Positions 9,039 to 15,077 of a stretch of DNA of 30,721 bases are shown here, one piece after another. Made by a program: the position numbers and the translations under genes. The notes below the pieces were generated by a model, which saw only the letters and a list, made by a program, of their open reading frames with translations, was not told the DNA's origin and did not search any database. Position 1 is the stretch's first letter, and every line of letters begins with the position of its first letter. The DNA comes from a virus (Duplodnaviria; Caudoviricetes): IMG/VR virus record IMGVR_UViG_3300044724_001191, positions 1 to 30,721 of that record. One strand, written 5' to 3'.

Positions 9039-9304
9039 TACTTACGTGTTGCTTTTTCTAATTGCTGACGTTCAACATCTGCTTTTTCTTTTTCGTATGA
9101 TGCGTGGGTGAAAGCAAAGGCGAGGTTAAGATTGCTAATCTCTTCAAACCTTGTAGCATCTCCGTTGGCAAGTGTGTAGAAGAGGTGATACCACCCCCAC
9201 CGTTTAGAAAATCCCCCCAGCGAGGTGAGGTCGCTTCCGTCCTCATTTCCCTCTCCATAGATGCTAGGGTAGCCTTGCACAATTCCGTTCCTAAACGGTA
9301 AATA
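9038..9304 (-). CDS. -1 frameshift extension (T segment) of the putative tail assembly chaperone
   Basis: Open frame YLPFRNGIVQGYPSIYG...WGWYHLFYTLANGD...KATRK entered from the slippery heptamer; its stop is coupled to the next ATG. Confidence 0.7.
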   Translation of the reverse strand, partial: YLPFRNGIVQGYPSIYGEGNEDGSDLTSLGGFSKRWGWYHLFYTLANGDATRFEEISNLNLAFAFTHASYEKEKADVERQQLEKATRK

Positions 9305-9780
9305 AAATTTATAGCACCAAAGGCTACGCTTAGTGGTAGCTCTTTCATTTTGTCTGAATACTTGGACGTGCCTCCGTACTCTTCGATGTTGTATAGGTGT
9401 TTAAACTTGCCTTCGATGGGGCGGTACATAACTGCCATAACCTTGTGCATATTCTGCCAGTCCCCCATATTGTCTTCGATGTCTGTATACTCCCCTAAGC
9501 TGATATCCTCAAGGTTGGGTATAAAACCAAACTCCATCCCATCTAGCTTAATACGGTTTTTGAAGTTTTGATTCTCTGAAATTATCGATGCTAGGTGGTT
9601 TGCTATTTCCGAGATGGCTGACATCTTGAGCATAGACACCTCCTTAAGAGTAATCCCGCACATAATCTCAATAAGCTTGAGTGTGCGAAATTCTTCATCT
9701 CCCTCCATACTCAGCCACTTTTGGTACTGACCTAGAGTGATGTCCTCTAACGAGTCGGGTATGTTTACCTTAATCTTCAC
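9058..9780 (-). CDS. Putative tail assembly chaperone (G segment)
   Basis: 240 aa, GTG start, internal repeat LEDITLGQY / LEDISLGEY, contains an in-frame slippery site. Confidence 0.7.
   Translation of the reverse strand: MKIKVNIPDSLEDITLGQYQKWLSMEGDEEFRTLKLIEIMCGITLKEVSMLKMSAISEIANHLASIISENQNFKNRIKLDGMEFGFIPNLEDISLGEYTDIEDNMGDWQNMHKVMAVMYRPIEGKFKHLYNIEEYGGTSKYSDKMKELPLSVAFGAINFIYRLGTELCKATLASMEREMRTEATSPRWGDFLNGGGGITSSTHLPTEMLQGLKRLAILTSPLLSPTHHTKKKKQMLNVSN
9304..9310 (-). promoter_or_regulatory. -1 programmed frameshift slippery site A AAT TTT
   Basis: Canonical X XXY YYZ heptamer in the correct phase (ATA AAT TTT = I-N-F). Confidence 0.7.
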
Positions 9781-9784
9781 GGCT

Positions 9785-9809
9785 AAATAACCTTAGTTCT
9801 GTGGTTCGT
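9785..9809 (-). promoter_or_regulatory. Putative late promoter (ACGA-N14-GTTATTT)
   Basis: Immediately upstream of the tail operon start at 9780. Confidence 0.5.
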
Positions 9810-10218
9810 ATTCCAGCCAAACCTTTTTTAGTTCGTCAATGAGTTGCTTCCATCTTTTAGGGGAGCAAGTGCAAGGCTTGTAAGGCTTGTGGTTGAAGAT
9901 GCGTGCGTGAATGGTAGCTATTTGGTCTTGGGCTACGGGGGTCAGCTCGTTAGTGGCGGTGGCGTAGTATTCCGTTAGCCAGTCGTACTCTTCTTTGTTT
10001 AGGCACTCCACACGGCTATACTGGAGTAGCTTGTTTAGCTTTTCCTTTCTTGCCTCACATCCACAATCGATGCCCGTCTTTTCAGCAAACCAATCTACGG
10101 CTGCCTTTATTCCCGTTGCGGTAGTGATTTGCTCTATGGTATCACCAAGCCCTTTCGCCCGCTTCCTTGTACGCTTCGTAGGAGTCTTTGCAGTTTTCAC
10201 GGATTCTTTCTTTTCCAT
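9793..10218 (-). CDS. Hypothetical Cys-containing protein
   Basis: 141 aa with GLGDT...DCGC..RKEKLN and CTC motifs; overlaps the sigma gene 3' end by 77 nt. Confidence 0.7.
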   Translation of the reverse strand: MEKKESVKTAKTPTKRTRKRAKGLGDTIEQITTATGIKAAVDWFAEKTGIDCGCEARKEKLNKLLQYSRVECLNKEEYDWLTEYYATATNELTPVAQDQIATIHARIFNHKPYKPCTCSPKRWKQLIDELKKVWLEYEPQN

Positions 10219-10672
10219 TTTTGATAGTGTTAAAAATTGAACTAAGGGATATTTTGGTTTCCTTAGACAAGTCCCTTATACTCATCTCGGTTTGCATATA
10301 GACGGTAAAAAGTTTTTCATCATACCAATGCCAGCTTTTGACTTCATCCCATATCTTATCTGATAGCTCCATAAGCTCCACCTCTTGGCTGGGGTAATAC
10401 TGCCCGTGTGAGTCTTTGGGGGCTTGGTCTATAAATTCTATTCTCTTTTTTGCTTTTGTGTAATTAACCCACAAATTGCGAAGGGTTACGTAGACAAAAA
10501 AAGTATTGACTTCATCCCCGTACATTATCTTTTCGGGTTCTACCGAGTAGTGGTGCAGACGCAAGTACATCTCTTGTACTATGTCTTCGCATAGGTGTTC
10601 GGGGCATCCAAAGCTGCGTACCATACGTACCCAGTCTTTATGTTTAGTGGCAAGTAGGTCAAGCAGTTCCAT
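10142..10672 (-). CDS. Phage RNA polymerase sigma factor (sigma70/ECF-like)
   Basis: Region 2 motif CEDIVQEMYLRL and region 4 HTH MSIRDLSKETKISLSSIFNTIK; likely ATG start at 10672. Confidence 0.85.
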   Translation of the reverse strand: MELLDLLATKHKDWVRMVRSFGCPEHLCEDIVQEMYLRLHHYSVEPEKIMYGDEVNTFFVYVTLRNLWVNYTKAKKRIEFIDQAPKDSHGQYYPSQEVELMELSDKIWDEVKSWHWYDEKLFTVYMQTEMSIRDLSKETKISLSSIFNTIKNGKERIRENCKDSYEAYKEAGERAW

Positions 10673-10697
10673 AGTGATAAATATACCGCTTTGCAAC

Positions 10698-10730
10698 AAA
10701 AAAAGAGCCACCCCAAAAAAGGATGGCTCT
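10698..10730 (-). terminator. Intrinsic terminator downstream of terL
   Basis: AGAGCCATCC-loop-GGGTGGCTCT followed by a T run on the minus strand. Confidence 0.8.
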
Positions 10731-10776
10731 GCCGTGCTAAATGTTCAACCAAAACTCACTAATAGCGCAGCACGGC
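10731..10776 (-). ncRNA. Candidate antisense stem-loop RNA 1 (terL 3' UTR)
   Basis: 8-bp stem GCCGUGCU/AGCACGGC; loop contains UUAGUGAGUUUUGGUU, complementary to the leader at 14866-14883. Confidence 0.55.
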
Positions 10777-11934
10777 TTATCGTATAGCGTATCGCCCGTA
10801 GTTGGGGCGGGAAAGTCGGTTAAAGGTAGCGTATCTCGTTGCATCCACCAAATGGTTGAAAGCATCGATAGGACGGTTTAGGAGGTTTCCGTTTTTATCC
10901 TCTTGCCATTTATAGTTTTGCAGTTCCTTCGTTAGGTTATGGCTACCCTTGACGATGTGCAGCTTATGGCGTTTGAGGATGTCTATGCCAGCCATTACGG
11001 AGTCAGCACCTTTGGCGGTGGGTTTCACATTCCATCCCATCCTATGCAGTTCCTCAATACTCTTTGGTTCTGCTGAGTCTGCCCATATCTCATCGTACCT
11101 AGTCATTCCCATTTCCGTTAGCTTTTGGCTAATGTCTGAGTTGGTTAGGTTTGTGTGGTATAGCTTTTCCTCTAGGTATAGACTATCCCCGTCCTTGTAC
11201 ACCTTAACGATTGCAGTAGGGTCATTGGTAAAACCAAAGTCTAGCCCATAGGCTACCACTTGCCCTTTGGGTTCGTCTGCCATAGCAAACTGAAAAATGG
11301 TAGCCCTTGATATACCACGCTCACCCAAGCCATAGATTCTCCAGTAATCCTCATCCGTACCTTTTAGCCTTTCTATTTCGTCTACTATGGTTTGGGATAG
11401 GAAGGGGTTATCCTTGTAGGTGGACTGAATGTATGTTACATCATCCCGTGTTAGGAGTCTGTCATAAATCCAATGGAACGAATCCGAAGGGTTGTAGTCA
11501 ATGTAGATTTTGTCCGTTGTTCTAACAAGGAGCTGGAAAAAGTCCTCCCACGTTAATTCGTTGGCTTCGTTGCAGAAAAGGAAATCACGCCTAGCACCCC
11601 TTTTCTTTTGTGGTTGGTCAAGGCTAATGAACTCAAAGAGGTTTCCGTTTAGGTTGTAGGTGTAGTCGCTTTTGTTATGGTTCTTTTCATCGTAGATTCC
11701 TAGATTGTTTAGTATCTCTAAGAAATCCCGATAGGCGGTCATTTTAAGCGATGGGAGCGACTTTCTAACTATCGAGTATACCTTACCCCTTGTTTGGTAA
11801 GATTTGACAATAAGAAGCTGCAAGAGGGAGTAGGTCTTACCGCTACGAGTTCCCCCTTGATTGATTATTATTTTGGTATCGGCATCCCAGTTTTTTTCAA
11901 AGACGGGGCCGTAGTTAATCTCTAGGCTTGACAA
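10777..11934 (-). CDS. terL: Terminase large subunit (PBSX/SPP1-like)
   Basis: Walker A QGGTRSGKT, Walker B region FCNEANE, nuclease motifs GLDFGFTNDP, ADSAEP and NHLVDATRY. Confidence 0.95.
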   Translation of the reverse strand: MSSLEINYGPVFEKNWDADTKIIINQGGTRSGKTYSLLQLLIVKSYQTRGKVYSIVRKSLPSLKMTAYRDFLEILNNLGIYDEKNHNKSDYTYNLNGNLFEFISLDQPQKKRGARRDFLFCNEANELTWEDFFQLLVRTTDKIYIDYNPSDSFHWIYDRLLTRDDVTYIQSTYKDNPFLSQTIVDEIERLKGTDEDYWRIYGLGERGISRATIFQFAMADEPKGQVVAYGLDFGFTNDPTAIVKVYKDGDSLYLEEKLYHTNLTNSDISQKLTEMGMTRYDEIWADSAEPKSIEELHRMGWNVKPTAKGADSVMAGIDILKRHKLHIVKGSHNLTKELQNYKWQEDKNGNLLNRPIDAFNHLVDATRYATFNRLSRPNYGRYAIR

Positions 11935-12217
11935 AGTTCAGTTTGATTTCTGTTATGCCCTCTTCTGTTTCTATCTTATTCTCCACCCGTGCCAACTTTG
12001 GAGTGGTGTACTCTGCCATCTTGTTAAGAATGTCTAGCGCAGCCTTTGGGTCTTCCTCTGCTACCTCAGAAAGCCACACAGTCATATTCTCTAAATTGTC
12101 CTCTAGGAGTTTTTGAAATGCCTCCCGAACTTTGTTTGTGGTTTTGTTGGGAGTGCCTTTGGGTCTACCTCCTTCGTGTCCAGCTACAAACTTTCCAGTA
12201 TTATCTCTATCAGCCAT
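11915..12217 (-). CDS. terS: Putative terminase small subunit
   Basis: GKFVAG..GGRPKGTPNK N-terminus; directly upstream of and overlapping terL; likely start at 12217. Confidence 0.7.
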   Translation of the reverse strand: MADRDNTGKFVAGHEGGRPKGTPNKTTNKVREAFQKLLEDNLENMTVWLSEVAEEDPKAALDILNKMAEYTTPKLARVENKIETEEGITEIKLNFVKPRD

Positions 12218-12230
12218 ATTTCTCCATTGT

Positions 12231-12482
12231 TTATGGAAATAACTTCCTTTCGTGAATGTGTTTAAGCCACTCCTTGTGATGCTTGACATCTCCGTAGCGG
12301 ACGTGGCAATCTCTACATAGAGCCATTAGGTTTTCAATCGTATCTCGCTCGTTACTTCCTCCCATCCCTCTGGCTTCTATATGGTGAATGTCTACCGCTT
12401 GTTTGTTGCACACCTCGCAAGGTATCCAATCGGTGGTATCATACCCCATCCCTTGCAAATATACTTTGGTATGCTTCTTCAT
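12231..12482 (-). CDS. HNH endonuclease (terminase-associated)
   Basis: CEVC...DIHHI...NLMALCRDCH. Confidence 0.9.
   Translation of the reverse strand: MKKHTKVYLQGMGYDTTDWIPCEVCNKQAVDIHHIEARGMGGSNERDTIENLMALCRDCHVRYGDVKHHKEWLKHIHERKLFP
12237..12261 (-). promoter_or_regulatory. Putative late promoter (ACAC-N14-GTTATTT)
   Basis: About 20 nt upstream of the terS ATG. Confidence 0.45.
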
Positions 12483-12631
12483 AAATCCAATTCGTTCTTG
12501 CTTACAAAGCTAACGCCCCACCATAGCCATCCGATGCTGATGCATCCATCACAGAGGTGAGAGTCGTAGGTGATGGATAGGTGAGGTAGCAGATGAACGC
12601 TACCTATGTACTTAAAAGTTTCAATAGTCAT
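12479..12631 (-). CDS. Small hypothetical protein (50 aa), not in the ORF track
   Basis: MTIETFKYIGSVHLLPHLSITYDSHLCDGCISIGWLWWGVSFVSKNELDL; ATGA overlaps at both ends. Confidence 0.7.
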   Translation of the reverse strand: MTIETFKYIGSVHLLPHLSITYDSHLCDGCISIGWLWWGVSFVSKNELDL

Positions 12632-13026
12632 AATAAGGTTGTAGATTTTATTAGTATTCCTAGTGAGGTATTGTTATCGCCTCCCTTTACTCCTTTCCTA
12701 AATGCTTTATTTCGGCATAAATCCTTAAGGCGGGAGGTTTCGATTAGTATAGCGTATAGAATGTCTTCTTTTTGTATTTGCTCTTGGTAACTCTTTAACC
12801 TTTGTCCATATTCAGAAGCAGCAATGAGCATCCAGTAATCTGCTTTTGTTGTAGCAATGCCCGAAGGTTTGTTTCTTGATTGGTACTCAATGTAAAAATT
12901 ACCAGTTCGATAACATCCAAAATCAAATTTGACCTCAATGGTTCGGCTAGATAAGAGTTTACCTATTAGCATTTCTCCAAGTTGCCCAAGCTCAAGGTCG
13001 TATTTAAAATCGTTGTTATAGTTCAT
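12628..13026 (-). CDS. PD-(D/E)XK restriction-endonuclease-fold protein
   Basis: G..GE...IEVKFD...TGNFYIEY...SGIATTKADYW. Confidence 0.65.
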   Translation of the reverse strand: MNYNNDFKYDLELGQLGEMLIGKLLSSRTIEVKFDFGCYRTGNFYIEYQSRNKPSGIATTKADYWMLIAASEYGQRLKSYQEQIQKEDILYAILIETSRLKDLCRNKAFRKGVKGGDNNTSLGILIKSTTLL

Positions 13027-13171
13027 ACACTTTTATATTTCTGTGGTCTTGGCTTCTTTGTAGTTCTCTGCCATACTTACCAGCTTCCACTTCGTGCCTA
13101 AAGGCTTTTTGAAGTCCTACCAGCCAAGTGTTATCGGCTACCAATTTGTCGTATTGTACAACGTACCTCAT
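13016..13171 (-). CDS. Small hypothetical protein (51 aa), paralog B, not in the ORF track
   Basis: MRYVVQYDKLVADNTWLVGLQKAFRHEVEAGKYGRELQRSQDHRNIKVYEL. Confidence 0.7.
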   Translation of the reverse strand: MRYVVQYDKLVADNTWLVGLQKAFRHEVEAGKYGRELQRSQDHRNIKVYEL

Positions 13172-13175
13172 CAAC

Positions 13176-13343
13176 TTATGGGACGGGCTGGATTCCTATA
13201 TTTCGTACTGACAAATTCCAGTTTATCTTTTTTACAAAGTCTTTTGCCTCTTCCCTTGTTTCAAAGTCTTTTTGGCGTTGAACCCATTTAGCTGCTAGGC
13301 TTGTGGTTTGGTCAAAGTAGATGTAGTGGACTCGGTACTTCAT
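13176..13343 (-). CDS. Small hypothetical protein (55 aa), paralog A, not in the ORF track
   Basis: MKYRVHYIYFDQTTSLAAKWVQRQKDFETREEAKDFVKKINWNLSVRNIGIQPVP; ATG lies in the 26-bp repeat. Confidence 0.7.
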   Translation of the reverse strand: MKYRVHYIYFDQTTSLAAKWVQRQKDFETREEAKDFVKKINWNLSVRNIGIQPVP

Positions 13344-13364
13344 TGCTCTTTGGTGTTAAAGGTT
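13339..13364 (-). repeat. 26-bp cassette-boundary direct repeat, downstream copy
   Basis: Minus strand AACCTTTAACACCAAAGAGCAATGAA; 25/26 identical to 13578-13603. Confidence 0.9.
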
Positions 13365-13582
13365 TCATCAAAGTATTCTTCAGCAGTCCATCTTGACTCA
13401 ACTGCTCCGTGTTGTGCATCACTAAAGGCGTTGCAGATGATTTCTTTCTCTTTCTTAAGTAGTTCCTCTGCTAATCGTTTAGCGTTTCTTACGCCTCCAC
13501 GATACATTGCATCCTCTAATGAGGTTAACTTTGCTTCTAATTCATTGAGTTGCTCAATCAACTCTTGCATTGGGGTTTTCAT
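13340..13582 (-). CDS. Hypothetical protein (80 aa) bounded by direct repeats
   Basis: MKTPMQELIE...KEKEIICNAF...EEYFDETFNTKEQ; start and stop codons both lie inside the repeats. Confidence 0.8.
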   Translation of the reverse strand: MKTPMQELIEQLNELEAKLTSLEDAMYRGGVRNAKRLAEELLKKEKEIICNAFSDAQHGAVESRWTAEEYFDETFNTKEQ

Positions 13583-13603
13583 TTCTCTTTGGTGTTAAAG
13601 GTT
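13578..13603 (-). repeat. 26-bp cassette-boundary direct repeat, upstream copy
   Basis: Minus strand AACCTTTAACACCAAAGAGAAATGAA. Confidence 0.9.
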
Positions 13604-13665
13604 ATTGCATATTGCGATATGCGATATTTTACACTTTATGGTGTTTTTATCTTACACTTTGAAAA

Positions 13666-13726
13666 GGGTTGGAGGGGGCGGGGAAAAGTCAAAACCAAAT
13701 AACAAATGAATAGCCCCCTCCTTCCC
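13666..13726 (-). ncRNA. Candidate antisense stem-loop RNA 2
   Basis: 9-bp stem GGAGGGGGC/GCCCCCUCC with a 33-nt loop containing UUCAUUUGUUAUUUGGUUUU; begins just after the stop at 13729. Confidence 0.5.
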
Positions 13727-13728
13727 AA

Positions 13729-13854
13729 TTATTGCGCCATTTGGCGGTCAAGCCATCTTCGGTACATATTCGCAGCTACGGCTATTCTCTGGGGGTAGTA
13801 GGGATACGCTTTGCGTAGCCTTGCCATTGCGATACGGATAAAATCGTCTTTCAT
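13729..13854 (-). CDS. Small basic protein (41 aa), not in the ORF track
   Basis: MKDDFIRIAMARLRKAYPYYPQRIAVAANMYRRWLDRQMAQ; ATGA-coupled to the exonuclease gene. Confidence 0.7.
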   Translation of the reverse strand: MKDDFIRIAMARLRKAYPYYPQRIAVAANMYRRWLDRQMAQ

Positions 13855-14630
13855 TTTAGTATGCCTCTTAGTGTGTAACCATCTAGGTCGTTGTGCATCT
13901 CAAAAAAGTGTTTGTAGTTTTTAACACCCTCTTTGAGTTTTTGGTATCCCTTGTTTAGAAACGAGTCCTCGATATCAAATATCCCAATGTCGTAGGAGTC
14001 TTTGTCAATGACTATAAATTGCATCTTGGGGGCATCGAACATAGTGGTGTAGATAAATGCTTGGGTGTCGTAGCCAAATTTCTCTGCGCTCCATTCAAAC
14101 TTATCTATCTCCCTTGTGGTTTTGATGTCTCCAATATAGCCATACCTCTTATCGTATATGTCTGCCTTCGCTCTAAAAGCATAGCCCTCTAGCATTGCTA
14201 CTTGGGGTACTTCAAATTCAGAACCGCTAAGTACGTTTAGCACTTGCTCGTTTCTTAGTGCAGCATCTACAATACGCATATTGTCATCGTGTTCCTTTGC
14301 CGTGAGGGTTATTTTATTACTCTTGGCATTGCTTTCCTTATAGGCTTTAGCTACTCGGCTTTGCACATTGACTACCTCAAACCTTTCCTCAAAAAGGTGA
14401 GGCTCTAAAATCATCGTGTGTACAAATGAGCCTATTTGTAGTGCGCTGGAGTTTTGTTCTCTACCTCCCCTAATTATGGCGTTGTAGCTTTTAGGGGACT
14501 TCTGCAATAGCTTGATAGCTGAAGAGCTTAGGGCATTCTTACCCAAGTGTCCATAGTAGAAATCATCATCTACCATTTTCTCCAGTAGGGCGTTTTTATC
14601 CCATTGCTCACCATTTAATAGAGTAATCAT
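13851..14630 (-). CDS. RecE/exonuclease VIII-like PD-(D/E)XK nuclease (DUF3799-like)
   Basis: LSSSAIK..SP, GSFVHTMILEP, KAD...DIKTT, YDTQAFIY motifs. Confidence 0.85.
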   Translation of the reverse strand: MITLLNGEQWDKNALLEKMVDDDFYYGHLGKNALSSSAIKLLQKSPKSYNAIIRGGREQNSSALQIGSFVHTMILEPHLFEERFEVVNVQSRVAKAYKESNAKSNKITLTAKEHDDNMRIVDAALRNEQVLNVLSGSEFEVPQVAMLEGYAFRAKADIYDKRYGYIGDIKTTREIDKFEWSAEKFGYDTQAFIYTTMFDAPKMQFIVIDKDSYDIGIFDIEDSFLNKGYQKLKEGVKNYKHFFEMHNDLDGYTLRGILK

Positions 14631-14758
14631 CGGTCAAGGTCGTTATAGTCCTCGTAGTCGCAGTCATTACAGATACCGTGATAGTTTAATACCGCATAGC
14701 AGTAGTCGCATCTATCGGGTGCATCATAAGGGTCGATAGCCCCAAACTCAGAACACAT
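14627..14758 (-). CDS. Small acidic zinc-ribbon protein (43 aa), not in the ORF track
   Basis: MCSEFGAIDPYDAPDRCDYCYAVLNYHGICNDCDYEDYNDLDR; two CxxC motifs; ATGA-coupled downstream. Confidence 0.65.
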   Translation of the reverse strand: MCSEFGAIDPYDAPDRCDYCYAVLNYHGICNDCDYEDYNDLDR

Positions 14759-14864
14759 AGGTCAAAGCTTTAAGAATTACAAAAGGGGTTAGGAGGGTAA
14801 GAATTACCCAAGCGATACCAAAGGCATAAGCCTTGTAGTCATCTAGAGATTTTGGTTTTTTCAC
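14748..14864 (-). CDS. Small membrane protein (38 aa), first gene after a host-type promoter, not in the ORF track
   Basis: GTG start; MKKPKSLDDYKAYAFGIAWVILTLLTPFVILKALTYVF has one hydrophobic segment. Confidence 0.6.
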   Translation of the reverse strand: MKKPKSLDDYKAYAFGIAWVILTLLTPFVILKALTYVF

Positions 14865-14887
14865 TTTAGTGAGTGTTTTGGTTTACT

Positions 14888-14918
14888 CAAATATACACAC
14901 TTTCTACAATAAAGCAAA
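14888..14918 (-). promoter_or_regulatory. Bacteroidota primary-sigma promoter (TTTG-N19-TATATTTG)
   Basis: Exact -33 TTTG and -7 TAnnTTTG consensus, intergenic, just after a terminator. Confidence 0.8.
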
Positions 14919-14925
14919 TATGTTC

Positions 14926-14951
14926 AAAAAAAAAGAGGGCTACTTGCCCTC
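14926..14951 (-). terminator. Intrinsic terminator
   Basis: GAGGGC-AAGTA-GCCCTC followed by a long T run. Confidence 0.8.
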
Positions 14952-15077
14952 CCTCCATTGTGTGTAGCAAACCGCCAGCCGTTGCTCTTGGTCGGGGAAC
15001 TCCCCCGCTAGGTCGCTCATACATCTACTTATGAACTCTTGTTGGTCTTCGTTTGCTTGTGGTTTAGGAATTGGCAT
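14940..15077 (-). CDS. Small hypothetical protein (45 aa), not in the ORF track
   Basis: MPIPKPQANEDQQEFISRCMSDLAGEFPDQEQRLAVCYTQWREGK; overlaps the upstream gene and ends in the terminator. Confidence 0.75.
   Translation of the reverse strand: MPIPKPQANEDQQEFISRCMSDLAGEFPDQEQRLAVCYTQWREGK

Noticed and set aside
13339-13603. CRISPR mini-array or attL/attR pair
   Set aside because: Only two copies, the 213-bp interval is an intact gene, and there are no cas or integrase genes.
13684-13726. Plus-strand gene starting at the ATG in the hairpin 2 loop
   Set aside because: No plus-strand promoter is evident, no ORF of 60 aa or more follows, and it sits inside a strong stem; the antisense reading explains it better.
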